Shown: positions 12,135 through 26,293, numbered from the stretch's first letter. The stretch: 64,000 bases of DNA from Yuukianura sp. NJ FZ-2021 (GCA_046563655.1 CM102285.1:5146001-5210000), one strand, 5' to 3'. Made by a program: numbers and translations. Notes: generated by a model from the sequence alone, not told the origin.

Positions 12135-14268
12135 TTTTGAGTTTGTTACAACCCAAGTGCAAAACGCTATTTAAAATATTGATTGCTCGTTCTGTTAACA
12201 TATTCTTTCTCTCAGGAAATGCTGGAGTTAAAAAAAATTGAAATAACGAATTTCTAACTTTGAAATCCTTTTTATCCCCAAAATTGCTTAAATAAGACAG
12301 TCTAACTACTTCTCGCGATGAGTGATTAGTTAATTTCTTGTTTTCCATTTTAATAGCATAACAAGCTTCTGCAAAAAATACTGTATCGGATTTCTTAAAA
12401 ACTGTCCGATTTCTGTGAAATTATTGAAAAATATTACAATTCAATTACAGGCTCAAGTAGCACGAGTAGTTTTAACAGTTCTTTTGACACCTTCGGTGGT
12501 CTAATTATGAAGAACTTTCAAAATTGCGCATAATTGAAAAAAACAATTTTAGAGTGATTTTATAGTAGTTAAGAAAAACTTCCTTTAAAAAGTGAAGAAA
12601 AAATTTCGGCGTTTTTAATCGACCAATTTTATCGGATTTTATATTTTCCGGACAAAAAATATGCAACTCGTTTTGAAAAATTTTATAAATATACACATAC
12701 ATAACTATACAATGAAGCCGATTTTTAAGGTTTACAAGTATTTGCAAGCTGTAATATTGTTAACATTAATCTCCTTTTTACCATATAGCCACTTTTTGTT
12801 GGCCACCAAGTTATTGCAAACGCTTTACTATATTTGAGCATGCCTTTTTCAAATTAAAAGTTTCAAAAATACTTTAGTGAAGGCGTATTTTTCTCATATT
12901 TGAAAAGTACAGTAATACAATTAATTAGTAAAAACGAATGACTAGTTTGTGTTTAAATAAAAATTCATTTAAGGCATTTAAAAAAAGAGTGCCATAATGT
13001 ATTTAATTATACTCGAAGAATTTTAAATTGCTTAAGTAGAGATTGACTATTAAATTATGAAATATTGATTAGTATTTGTATTATTGGGTTATTTTGATTT
13101 TACTCTTGATTTGTAGCACGGATCGATAATTAAGTTATTGAGCGCATTTTTGTTCCCCATCGCCATTCCCAATAGCAGGGAATTATACATTTCGAAAGGA
13201 ATCCACTTCAACACAGAACTCGTAAAATGACATGGGCTGATTTTCTGTTGATCTCGAGAATTCGGGAAAAGTTCATCTCTGCATCAGGCCGCCGTTTTTG
13301 TTGCAAAACAAACACGTTCGTAGTGCATAGATACTAGCCTTTCTGTTCTGGATTTACCCCGGTCACTTTATGGACAGATTCGTCAGCATGAATCAGTTCG
13401 GGGTATGATTATGACGTTTGAGTAAATGCAGATGCGATTTAATTCAGTCGACCTACATATTATAGGATTTTAGCAAAGAGAAGGTTCTACTTATTTATAT
13501 GTTATACTTTGCGTTAAATGTTTCGTTTAACTAAGGGAAGATTAACGTACTTGTCAGTGTCCCGATGTGCTTTGCCCGATAAACCACTTTTATAATAATA
13601 GCTACGCTATTATGATAAGGTACCAAAGCCTGAAATTATTGTTTTTGTGATATAAAGCTGTTTACTTTACGTTTTTTATGGTTAAAATTTTTAACGCCTT
13701 ATTGGGCCCAATTAGCATTTAAACCGAAATTCAAATGCTTTCACTGAAAAACAAATTGTGATTGGAATAGCAAATTGTAAGTTTCTTAAACCCGCGTTTA
13801 ATTTTGTGACATTTTAAACAAAATTAGATAAACAGAAATAGAAATGTAATTATGAAATTGCTTTACTTGTTAATTTGAAATGGTTGTTGAATTTGTAGGT
13901 GTAGGTGTTTTGTGAAACAGCCCGAGCGATCAGACCTAAAAATAACAGTACACGAACAAGCAATTCTAGAAAATTTACCTGCTGTCGAGAACTTTTCAAG
14001 GGCTTAAAAGTTTAGCCAAAAGGAACTAACAAAGGCCCTATTGTTATTTGTGCCGAATTTTGGGAATCTAAAAATGAAACTTCAAGGGTCCATTTCAAAT
14101 TTCAAGGCTTTCTAAACCCCGAACTCACCGTATAACACCTAACCTGTCCCCAATGGAAAACTTTAGTTTAGCAAAGAGATTCCAAGAGACTGCTTGTCCC
14201 TTAAAATTGTTAAAAACTGATTGTACTAAAGCATTGAATTGACACTACAAGAAACTTAGAAAACAGAA

Positions 14269-17200
14269 ATGAGTGGCTATCTGTCGCGTATTTCTAAAGC
14301 CATTTGGTCGTACTTACCTTTCCGTGGTAACAGGAATGGAGACTGTGGGAATTGCGAAAGTTGCAAATCCGTTATTAAATGCGAGAGCAGAAAAAAACGG
14401 AAGCTTGAGCCGGCGGAAACACAGCTTGGATCCAGTGACCAAATTCCGGAGAAGAAAATGGCCTTAGACGTGTCATCATCAGCCACGGATTCGAAACCAG
14501 CGGACATCCAGGATCAAGTTGGAACTTCTACTAGCTCCGCAGTGAATGTCCAAATTATGGAGACTTTGAGCCAATTGACGAAAATTGTCACAGAAATGAA
14601 CAAAAAAGATGGTAAAAATGTTAAATTCTTTAGTTTTAAATTAACTTAATTGTACTTTTAAATAGTAAACAATTGGGCTTCGCTTATCGTACAACGCTAT
14701 AGCCTTTGCAGATGGACAGATTAGGTTTTGATTTAGAAAATATTTTTACAGTGTTAAATCACAGTGAAAATATAAAATGTTCCGATTACATAAGCAATTC
14801 TTTTCCGCCTAAAAGTGGATATTTTCTGTCAAACGCCTGCTCTGCGTACAAAGCACTAAAAAGATGGTCAATTGTTGTGGTATTTTATACCAATACAATT
14901 TTACGCAACTCATGAAAGCTATCTAGCTATAATTTAATTTATCACTCTATAAAGCTTTACCTGGAATTGTCAATTTCTGGGTCTGGCGCAGTTTCCATTT
15001 AAAACGGGGGGTAACAAAATGGAGCTTCCGTTTTTTTTTCGTTTTTGACAAACCACAAAACTGAAAATGAAAGGGATCGAAAATCACAGATGAAATGGAG
15101 AAAAATGCATTAAGCATGAAAAGCGGTCGTAACAAAATTAACGCTATGGAAAATGAAAAAGTGACGAAACGTTAGAACAAATGGTAACAAAAATTGTATT
15201 TTTAATAAATAATGGTATAATAAATAATAAAGAAATAAATATTGTAACAAAGGGTTCTTAATTACAATTACATAAGACCACATCACGGATCAGAGTAGGA
15301 GTAATTAGTAATTTAAAAACTAAGCAAAAATAAGCATTGAGTCCGTTTTTATTGTCCCTTTTCATCAAGGAAAAATAATGCACAATTTTGTCTATAGAAA
15401 TTGAGATTTGTCACTTTAAGTAAATTCAGTCGTATAACTCCAACTTACCGAAATCATTAAGCATTGTAATTTAATTATCAACACTTTACCGCTGTTATAA
15501 TTTTTTTGTCTGAATTATGACATTATATCGGATTAGGGCAGTAGGAAATTTTGGAAACGGTCGAAGTGCTTTATGAATGCAGTTTTAAAATTGTAAAGGG
15601 GATGAGAAGCACTGAATTTTATGGCACCTCTTCGCAACCCAGCGAATTTGTCGGTTGATGGCGTTAACAACCAGAAAGGTCATTTTATGAATTTGTATAG
15701 AATGTAGCATGTGTTATTTTGGTATTGGTTTTCGTTAAGGTTTTAACAAAAGTTTGAAAGTTGACGAGTTAGCGGGTGAATTCAAACAACCTCGGAAAGC
15801 AAATATGAAGTACCTTATTTAGCCTCTTAAATTCTACCCTTCCAAAATGCCAAAGGTAGGCGGTGATCCCTTTCGAACAATTGTACCTGATTTAAATTTA
15901 GAACTCTACCCTTACTTGTTAATGGTTTAGTTCAACTAGATTTTCACACTTCTCATGAAGCGGGTTTTGTAAACTGAATTCTTTTAATTCCAAAAGTAGT
16001 AGCAGTAATTTTCAAAGCAGTTCCTACACATGCTAAAACGTAAGCAAGCCCTAAAAGGGAATTATTATGTAAATTAGATAATTTTATTTGTAAGGCAGAG
16101 GTAATTTCGCAAATAATAAGAAAATTACCAATCCCTTTACCAACCTATCCTTCCCGAGGAATAGTTCCAATATTTTTCATTTATTCTAGGTCAATTTAAT
16201 TTGAGATTTTTAAAGTAGTTTTTAGAATTTAACTTTGTCAGAGTACGACAGAGTTTTTCCCGTAACATGGGTTTACCAGTAGCTAATCCGCATTTTAGAA
16301 CCTCGAATTCAAATTCCTAATCCGGATTTGAAAATTTTGAATCTGGATTTCGGGAAGTATTTTGGGTCATTATTAGCATATTACCCGAGAATTTGTAAAT
16401 CTCCTAGTTAATGTAACGTAAATTACATGGAAAACCGCCATAAATTAGACTTGCTAGCCTATACGTTCCTTTTTGAAAACAAGTTGTGTATACAACGATT
16501 TTAATTTAATTTTAAAATTAAACACCCTTCACCTACAGCACCAACATTGAAGAGCTGAACACGTCGCTGCTTTTTTAAAGAATACAAAAATTTTCTTATG
16601 GAAGATCCTACAGCTTGAACACTCTCTTGCTTGCCTGTCTGCTATCTAGCGTTCTGGGGTTTTAGTACTTGTTTAACAACTTTGCGTCAACGGTTGGAAG
16701 AATTTTACTTTAATGCACTATTTTTGAAAATTCCGAAAATTTTTGTGCAGACAGATATAAATAATGAAAAAATTGACCGGAAATCAAAACCGATTAAACG
16801 ATTTAAAAAAAAAAGTTTTTTTTTTACATTTTGAAAAAAAAAAATTTTCCCCGAATTGCATTAAAATCGGTTTCTAGGCTAATTAGAGTATGCAGAACAC
16901 ATTGTGAAAGAATTTTTCATAAAAAGCAACCAAGAAAAGGAGATTTATTTAGTGATCAAATTTTGATCAGTAAATATCGTAACCTAACATAAGGAGAACC
17001 TCGAGACGTAGTCAGTGCTGTCAACGTTAAAAAAACCTACCACCGCGCATTCGACGCAGAAAGCAATAAGCCTATCCTAAACTAACGAGCAAATCCTAGC
17101 CGAACATAAGGAGAAACCATCGGGACGGAATCAGTTACAAATTTCAAAATTTGGCCAGTAAATAAATTCCAACTTTTTGGCTGTTGACGTTTTGTAAAAA

Positions 17201-20200
17201 ATTCTTTCAGAATCGTGTTCTGCATCCATTATCTATCCTAGAAATTGATTTTCATGCAGCGAAAAAAAATTCTTTTTCAAAATTTTGAAAATTTTTTTTT
17301 TCGAATTTGATTTTTAATTTCCGGTCAAAAGTTGTTGTTTTTTTGTTATCAGAGTTCCATGTAGGTTTGCACAAAAATTTTCAGAACTTTCAAAAATACA
17401 CTAAAGTACATTTATACCCAGCAGTTTTTCGATATATTCTTCAATATATTCCCTTAGCCTAATGCTTCGACGTATGCCAAATCCTAATAAATATCTCTTG
17501 TACTTCCAGCTCTTGTACCACATTTGGATGCCGCTGCGGTTGTCAAAATTGCCACGGAGGTTATGACGTCCAGAAATCCAGCACATAAGTCTGCAACAGA
17601 ATCAACTTCTCAATCTCTGACGCCAACCGCAAATCAGCCACCAACTGCTGCTGGTTCTACCGCGCAAAATATATCCTCTGCTGCCACTGCAGTTGCGGTA
17701 GCTCCAGCTACAACTGCCATAGCTCCTGCAACCTCAACAGCAGCAGCCCCAGCAACCTCAACAGCAGCAGCCCCAGCAACCTCAGCAGCAGCAGCCCCTG
17801 TAACCTCAACAGCAGCAGCCGCAGCACCCGCATCTCTCGTCGCAGCAGTAGCTTGCCCCAAAGCTTCTGAGACAACAGTTGTCAAATCTTCTGCAACAGC
17901 TGCAGCTTCATCAACCTCAACGGGCTCAAAGGCAACATCAGGCATAACAACATCGACAACCTCAACAGCTTCAACCACGTCAGCCGCAACTGCAACCACC
18001 TCTGCTGACGCCGGAAAAACCGTCGATGATAAAACTGCCGGCTCAGAGGACACTTCATCAACTGTTGCCACCGACGATGCCGAAGCAAAAGCTAAAAAGG
18101 AAAAAGAAGAGAAGGAAGAACAAGCTTTCATCGCGAGTCACGAGGTTGCACTAAAAAAGCAAGTAACTAGAGGAAATGCCGCTGGAAATTCGATACCATG
18201 TTGTGGCTCCAAACCTTGGACTGAGCCTATTGAACAAGGCCTGGAAAAACAGGTTGAGTATCTGCAACACAATGTCGTTGCTGCCTTAAAACACCAGGAA
18301 ATTATTCGCAGCGCGAGAATTGCCTTGCCCAAAGGAATTTATCTCCATGGCCCAGGAGCCGCTCCAAAATCTCTCACGTTAGTAAAAGCATTAGCCGAGG
18401 CGCTGTCGCTTGAAACTGGAAAAGATTGGAGACTTTTCAGAAAAATGGACACCGATGTTTTTAGTAAGTACGGATCTGAGTGGAAACAGTTCGTACAATT
18501 GTTGTTCTCAGTAGCGGTCAAAGCAAAACCAGCAATTGTGCTAATTCAAGACATCGACGTGCTCTGCAGCTATTGTGAATACGATATTTGTAAGTGTTTT
18601 ATGCTAAAAACCACACGCAATAACAGACGAAGCTTTCTGCGTTCAAAAAATCAATTTTTTTTGTTAATTAATTGTCCGCCGATCTTCCCACAATTTAGCA
18701 TTACGAGTGTCAAAGTAAGACCATTAATGGGCTAGTTACTGTCCACAGCGTGTCTGGAGTAATCTTCAGTTGTTACTGTTGACATGATTCCTTGACGGCG
18801 GACTTTTATGTAACAGATCCGGAAACAACAAAGAAATTTTTAGATTTTAGGAAAAAAATAAAATTCCTCTTGCAGGGTTGAAGAAACATAACAGTTAAAT
18901 CAATTCTTTTCACCTTGTACAGCAGAATGTTGCTTGAAGTGACTTAAGTTTGGAATCAGAAAATCATTAGAACCGCTTAAGAAAGGGGCTAGAATTAACT
19001 CATGAGGAAAGGCTTTCAGCGTTTCTCAAAATAAATTACGGGACTAATCGAAAAAAATTTATAACAATTTAAAGAAAAATTTTGACACTCGCTTCGTTTT
19101 AAAAATCGAAAAAAAAAGTTAACCCGAGGTGGATTCAAACCGAGGCCATACGAAGATGATGTTAAGATAACGTTCGTGTTAAAAAAAAATTTTTTTTTTC
19201 GCAATCTTCAAGTGAGCACAAATGCTGAAGTATTTTTTTAAATCAATTTAGTTGCTTGTTATTAGGCTTGGTTAGATTTGACTTTTGCATTTGGCAGAAT
19301 TCTTGATGTTTTTATAACAACTTGTATACACGGCTGGTATTCGATGCTACCTCGGGTGAACTTTTTTTTAGATTTTTGAAACGAATCTAGTTCAAAATTT
19401 TGATTTAGTTATAAGAAATTTTTTGCGACTAGTCCCACAATTTATTTTGAAAAACGGCTGAAAGCCTCTCCTCGTCAGTATGTTCACGGAAAACCAGACA
19501 TGTAAACCTGTAAGGCTTTCTATGTGAAGTGAGTTGAAATTAATTGCAAAGTCTTTATGAGTTTATAGAATATGAATATAGAATATAGAATATTTTATAT
19601 TTTGCGATGATGAGAAATATTACCCTGACGGAACGGAGAACAGGCAAATGCATGGCGAATTGCTATCGTAGATGCACTCTTAGGTGAAGTAATGGCAACG
19701 CTTCTAGTAAAGGCAGATGTAGGCCACAAAATTTTAAGGGCTACCTTTAAGTTACAAAACGACAGATCCTAACAATTCTACAACGCGAAATTGAGCGTTA
19801 ATTTGTTTTCGTTAAGCTTTTTTGAATTAGCGGAATAGCTTCAAAACAAGAAGAATTCTACCTTTGATATACATAATTCTCGCATCATAAATACGAAAAC
19901 GTTAATTCTCTTATCAGCAACTTTTATCTAACTTGTATTTCTTTTTGTAACTTAACAGCAACCAACAAAGAACTTGTTAAGAGACTTGCTGAGGAAGTGG
20001 ACAAAATAATTCCTGGCGAGGCTGTAGTTGTTTTGACCGTGAACGACTTGAAGAAAACGTTCCCAGCATTACGAATTCCTGCGGCATTCCAACACTACAT
20101 CGAAATTTCCGACGATATATCTACCAAGTCCATCATTAGCAGCTTGAAACGGCACACGTCCAGTTGGATCGGCAACACAGCCTCTGCAGAAGAAAAAAGC

Positions 20201-23200
20201 ACCATAGAAGCAAAATTGGAAAAAGTCGCAGAAAAAATACTCCAAGTTCCGTCTATTGCTTGCCCTGACGAGATTGCCCAGCTTTGTAGTGATGCTCATC
20301 AAAAAGCGGTACTTAACAAAATTAAGTCTACGATCAAACCTTGTAACTGCCAGTGCTGCGTTTCCACCATAACCACAGTGTTTCCAGAAATGTCTGATTG
20401 GAATGACTGCGTTATGGCTATGACAGAAAGAAAAAAGCCCGCTAAACCAGGTATTAATTTAAAGTCCACGGAGGCGGCAGCTACAGCTGCTGAAGAAAAC
20501 CATTGCCACGGTTTTTCATTCGCACAAGTCGGAGGTCTGGAAAAACAAATCGAGATTCTTAAAGAGAACATCGTCGTTCCACTAAAGAATAAAGCCACGC
20601 TGAAAGACCTTGGATGGAATGTGCAACCTGTTAGGGGTTTCATCTTTCACGGACCGCCGGGCACCGGAAAAACGCTTTTGGGAAAAGCACTTGCAGCTGA
20701 ATTAAGCCAATTGGAAGATGGGAAGAAGTTCTCCTTCATTTACCATAAAGGCACCGAATGTTTTTCAATGTATGTTGGACAAACGGAAGAAAAGCTGAGG
20801 AACATTTTTGAAAATGCGAAGAAAAAGAAGCCCGCAATTATCTTTCTGGACGAGATTGATGGGTTATGCTCAGCGCGATCTGATGAAGGTAAGAACTTGA
20901 GATTGGTTGGAATATGGAATTGATATAATTTCGTGGAAATAGGTTTCAATTGAAACCTATTTTAAGATTATTAACATTAATGTTCAGAGATGTTAATTAA
21001 GTGCATGGCCACTCAGGCTAGGACGTCAATGAAGGCGTAGCGAGAGCAAAATAATTCCTACAATTTAATTGACAGTTTAAGCTTTTTAGTTACATGGAAT
21101 CACTCTGAGGTTCGATGAAACTAGCGAACTTCAGAGAGAATCGACGACACCTCCAAGCGTGAAGTATTTATGGCAACGCATTACAAATTTTCTGTTTCGA
21201 AGCTGTATGGGTTGTTGATTTAACTTCCTATACGCCAGAATTAATCGGCAAACGGGGATTCCAAGCTGAACAATTTTCGCGGTCATTGAAAGCTTAAAGA
21301 GCATTCGCTCAAATGAGTCCAAGCATTTCAAATTAAAGTTAGTCAGTTGGATTGGTTCCATGTGATTTGGTCAGAAAGTGAAAAGATCAAAAGTGAAATG
21401 ATCAGAAAAAAAGGTCAGAACAGGAAGGATCGTAACCAAACCTAACCTGAGATCTTTTGAATTCTGACCTTTTCACTTCTGACCAAATATTTCTGACCTT
21501 ATCACCTGCTACGGCTGCTAGGTGGAAATTTTTGATCTCTCGCGGAATTCTGTATCGGGAAGTTTTGATTCAGTCATTATTTCAAAAGGATGTTTTGGGT
21601 AGCAATTTTCGTTCCCCGCGCGAAACAAAGTTGCGAGTGGCTAAGATCGAACCATCGCTACTCTCCAGATGAGAAAGAAGAAAGAAAAAGAAACAAACGG
21701 GAAAAAGCAATCCGCCCCATTCACTTTCACTCTCTCAGAAAGTCCGGAGAGCAGCGATTGTTGAATCCATGCCACGACCATTTTTTTTAATGTTTCCATT
21801 TAAAATTAAAACTAAAAATTTTCTTTTGAAATACGGAATACGACGATTATTTCTCCATTACAAAATTCCTTGTTAACTTCGGAAATCACGCCATCGCAAG
21901 TATTTTCCGTTATCACGTAATTTTTGTCCATGCATTTTTGTTTAAACCTAGGTGGGAATCGCTTCTTGAATGGAATCGTCACAACAATACTTGGCTTAAT
22001 GGATAACATTCCACGAGGAGAGGTATTTGTTATAGCGGCCACAAATCGACTATCAAGTTTAGACCCTGCTTTTAGGCGGCCAGGGAGATTTGACAAATGC
22101 ATACAGTTTGAAGCACCGGACGAAGACGGAAGAAAAAACATACTGGAAATTCATACAAGTACATGGAAGTCTGAATGCAAAATGCCTCAAAGTTTCTTAG
22201 TTGATATTGCTTCAAAGACGGTTGGATACACCGGGGCCGATTTGGAGCAATTATGTCGCCAGGCTTTTGTATTTGCCATGCGTAGACATAATTCTAAACC
22301 TTCAGAGCCCACAGGAGAACCTCACGAGTCCAACAAGGGCGATGTAGCTCTAACTAATCTCCGCGTTTCGGAACAGGACTGGTACGCTGCCTTGGGTGTT
22401 GTAAGGTCGAGTGGGAGCAATTATTTCAACAACACTGTCGTTTGCGACAAACCAATTCCGAAGACCGCCGTCACGGCATTGCAGAATAAAATTGAAATTG
22501 TTACAATGATGCTGACCCCAGTCCTCACTAAATGGGAAGAAAAGATTACAAACTTTGGCAACGATGGTTCACTCGAAACGTTTCTTATTTGGTGCAAAAA
22601 AGAGAATCAGGTAATTTATGCATATTCAAAAAGTATGCAATACTCACGTGGTATTTATCAACTCGTGTGTTCTAGTAAAAGTCTGAAAATTTACCCTGAA
22701 AATACATTCGTTTGAGACGATTTTCAAGGTTTTCATCCAGTTGCAACGCGCTAAAATTAAGCAAGAACAATCAAAGTTAAACAAAATATGTTTGCAAAAG
22801 TAATTTAAACAAAAATTCATTGTCGAAATTTTTCAAAGACTTCAATTAAAAAAATGTAAAAGAAAAAAATTGAAGAATACCGAAGCTATTTTTGCGTATT
22901 TGGGGTTATGAAAAAAAAAGAAAAGAAAAGGTTTGAAATTGAAAAAAATGATGGTGTTGGAGAAAAATCAATTACTGAGGTCATGTTTACGACGAAAGAT
23001 TTAGGTTTTAAAGAGTAGATATTCAATAATTGAAGTAAACAGGAAACTGAATATAACAAGAACAAGATCATATACTTTACAAAACCGTAGTTAAGCCAAA
23101 TCCGGAAACATTTTTGCTTGTAACGTACGCAGTTATGTTCTCCTGGCTTCTTGAAATATCGTGATATTTCTATGAGGTCACGGAGACGATGCATCGGTTT

Positions 23201-24608
23201 CCAATGTTCGAGAACTATATAATCTATTTTTTGAATTTTTACTGCTAATTTTTGTGATTATTTTCAATTAGTATATTAGAAAGTTTTTTGTTTGAATTTT
23301 AGGACGTTGCAACTTCACTTTACCCGTAAAAACGGTCATTTGTAATATGTTTAGTTTGAGGGTAAATGTAGGATACCGCCGTTTCCGTGTAAAACGGGAA
23401 ACGAAACGGACGCTCCGTTTTTGCCCTTTTCTTTTTTTGAATTTTTTGAAACGGTACTATTCGTTTCGATTTTCGTCAAAAACAGAACGAAAACGAAAAT
23501 CGAAAAACGGAAAACCAGAAAAACCAGACAAAATATCCACTTTTGCGTCTCCCGTACTGAAATTTTGGTAAATTAAAAATTAAACGTTAAAATTATAGTC
23601 TACTGTCGCAATTTTCACCACATTTGGAATCAATCATAGAAGTAAATCTTAAAGAAATTGTTGAAGAGAATCTTGAAATTTATGTTCTGCCCATTGAAAA
23701 TCAATGGGCAGAACATATATTTCAACATTTGCCCTTCGAAAATCCACTTCTTCCTCAGTCAACCGTTTTTCTCATTCCGTTTTTCTTTATCTGTTTTATG
23801 ACCGTTTCCGTTTTGCCGCCTACCGCTTCGCTGCATTTCCGTTTTTAGAAAAAACGGATACGAAACGCACGGCGGCAACCCTAGGTAAATGCCACCGTTG
23901 TTAGATAATACAAGGATAATACAAGCCAAGCCGATCCGGTATTTATATGTTCGCAAACAATTTAGGGTATCATTGATATAACGACTTTTGTCTCCATGAA
24001 GCTGATTTTTCCTAGAACTAAGAAATTGATTTTCCCGCCCTTATCATCTTATAGCAGTTCCGTTTCAACCATACACAATTTTGATGAAGCAAGAACGAAA
24101 ATAGTAACCAATAATATCGTTTTCTTGATGAATATTTGCAGCGAAAAGTGGTAGAAAATCTTTTCATCCCTCACCTGTTGTCTTCCGTACCGTTTCGATG
24201 CGCTACTATTGTCAAATTGGAGTTAACACAGAAGTCTTCCGATGTTGCCACCATTCTGCAGCAAGTCATAAAACCAGGAGAAGGAAGAGTTGGTATTCTT
24301 TTCGTTCCAAACATTGACTTCCTTCTGGATCCGAAGAATATTTCGTACGCCTCAGACGTCGCGGCTGCCCACAAATCGCTGTTAAACCAATTGGAAAAGC
24401 TGAGAGGTGAAAAAGTCATTTTGCTTGGCACAAGTGGACGCAGGCCATCGGAAATAGCCCAAGAAGTACAAGTGCTTTTTCGAGGTAGGTAGATATAGAC
24501 GCTCCTTGAGAGACGTTTACATTACTATCCCCAAAGTGAAGCGGATCATATGTATACATATGATTTAATATAGTGAAGGACGTATTATTATTATTATTAT
24601 TATTATTA

Positions 24609-24664
<56 letters not shown>

Positions 24665-25023
24665 TTGCAGATGTGAATAATTCAAAACGCTACGAATTCG
24701 AGGCCCCTACTGCAGAAGACATTCGCAACATGTTTACAGAATACGCTTCAAAGATATCAGTGAACGCTTTTGAGAAACTGGTTCGCATCTTGACTACAAC
24801 AGGCATTGGTAGCTCAATTGACGCAGTGCATACAATTGACGTCAACATTTACGACTTGCTAGACTTTAAGTCAGAAATGGATGTTATTCTAAGCAACGTT
24901 GGAATCAAAGATGAAATTCCCAACGACATCCTGGACGAAAAGCTAATCAAACTGGCGAAAGCATTTGTTAGCAATCTGAACGTCGAGGGAACTAAAAGCA
25001 GGTTAAATGGAATGTACACCTAA
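14269..25023 (+). CDS. ATAD2/Yta7-like AAA+ ATPase, 6 exons (14269-14611, 17510-18589, 19959-20888, 21952-22610, 24142-24484, 24671-25023), 1235 aa
   Basis: All five introns are GT-AG and phase-compatible (1,1,1,0,1), giving 3708 nt. Motifs are Walker A GPPGTGKT, Walker B FLDEID and SRH ATNRLSSLDPAFRRPGRFD. IVTTILGLMD, TVGYTGADL and a degenerate second module (ILFVPNID) resemble ATAD2. Linkage of exon 1 is the least certain. Confidence 0.8.
16706..17408. mobile_element. Diverged MITE/foldback element in ATPase intron 1
   Basis: TACTTTAATGCACTATTTTTGAAAATTCCGAAAATTTTTGTGCA pairs imperfectly with the reverse complement of about 17366-17408, and inverted similarity continues inward. Confidence 0.6.
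18998..19480. mobile_element. Diverged MITE in ATPase intron 2
   Basis: ACTCATGAGGAAAGGCTTTCAGCGTTTCTCAAAATAAATT is an imperfect inverted repeat of AATTTATTTTGAAAAACGGCTGAAAGCCTCTCCTCGTCAGT. Confidence 0.65.
21369..21500. repeat. Short inverted-repeat element (GGTCAGAA/TTCTGACC units around an AACCTAACCT core)
   Basis: Repeated GGTCAGAA and GATCA motifs on the left are mirrored by TTCTGACC on the right. Confidence 0.5.
23369..23883. mobile_element. hAT-type MITE with 8-bp TSD GGTAAATG
   Basis: Termini TAGGATACCGCCG...CGGCGGCAACCCTA, with GGTAAATG at 23361-23368 and again at 23884-23891. Many subterminal AAACG/CGTTT motifs are present. Confidence 0.85.
24583..24664 (+). repeat. (TAT)n microsatellite at the 3' end of ATPase intron 5
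   Basis: About 27 TAT units with one interruption, directly followed by the TTGCAG acceptor at 24670. Confidence 0.95.
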
Positions 25024-26293
25024 GTTTGAGAGGAGCCGACTTTATTTTTTCGATAATCCAGCAGAAAATGCTAAAAAAAAATCTAAGCCAGCGTTGCTAT
25101 AAGTTGCTCAGGTTCAGAATTTTAGTATACTTTAGCAAAATTACAATTATTGGCAGTTAATACACACAACCCATTGTTTGTTATTATTACTTTTCCATAA
25201 ACAATTTATACTTTTCAAATTTCTCCAAGTACCAGTTTTTAACACGGTATAGCGCCATTGGGAATCGTAGGGTATGAAATTTGAAATCATATGTGAATTA
25301 TGTATAGGTAGAAGGAAAGACTTTCAGTTAGAGCCATGCCGAGGGAACAAAGTCATTTTTGCCCCTCCCTTTCACCCCACGACTTTTGTTCTCTCCCCTC
25401 CCTTCACCCCACAACGTTTGTCTAAAACATTATGGTCATGATGGTCCCCATTGCTACGACCAGTGGCCATTTTGTTGTCCTCCATGTTCGTGTGCATGTG
25501 CATGTCCATGTCCATCTGGTCATCGATGGACAGGTCAAAGTCGTCCTCAACTTGTGTAAAATGGACAACGTGGTTGAGTTTCTTTTTGACTTTATTTTAC
25601 TGCATATGGCCGTACATGTGGACATTAATGACGATGTCGAAGGTTCGCCCTCCTCTTACATAGAATGGAGCAGCTGGTTGATTACGTTTTTGATTTTCTT
25701 TTCATATGATAGAATATGTATGCATTGCTGTTCTGCACATGTCCGACCATGTCAAAGGTCAAGGGCGTTCTAGCCTTGTAACTTTTACTTCCTCTTGCTG
25801 CATCGTCTTCATTTTGCAAGAAGAGTAGATGCCAATTTAGCAATCCATGTCCCGTAGGGATTTGGTTGGTTAAAAATAATACAAAGTGAAAGTTGTTAGG
25901 GCGAAATGGAGTGGGACAACAGGAGGAATTGGTTTTGCCATTTGTATTTGAATACTTTTCCTTACCATTTTCCAAAAAGGAGAGGAAGAGGGGAGCCCTT
26001 TGCCTTAATAGACGCATTTAAAGGGACTGTACTTTGCTTCGCTTAAGCGTAACAGCAGTTCGTTTCGCTCGTATGATGTGCGAGGTGGCATTTAAGTTGC
26101 CATCTTTACTCCGCCGACAGAAATTACTTACAATGCTGATGCATTTCTCGCGTACAGCAACTGCAAAGTTAGTGATTTGTGAAGCAAAATACCCTCACAA
26201 GTCGTGTGCAAGTTTAAATTCTGAGAAAACTTATCTATCTACCATCGCTAAAACAAAATTGTTGGCATGCCATCCCCCTTCCTCAGTTTAAAT

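Larger units (their letters stand above)
6972..12201 (-). pseudogene. Gustatory receptor-like copy B, disrupted in exon 1 by a transposon (exon 1: 12201-12135 plus 8317-8024; exon 2: 7911-7837; exon 3: 7744-6972)
   Basis: Removing 8318-12134 restores MLTERAINILNSVLHLGCNKLK-IFPYIWD and a 361-nt exon 1, the same length as in copy A. The remainder is an open 402-aa frame with conserved intron positions. Confidence 0.85.

Noticed and set aside
17634..18131. 165-aa Ala/Val-rich minus-strand ORF
   Set aside because: Antisense shadow of the low-complexity Ala/Thr/Ser exon of the ATPase.
24416..24685. Poly-Asn ORF
   Set aside because: Translation of the intronic TAT microsatellite on the opposite strand.
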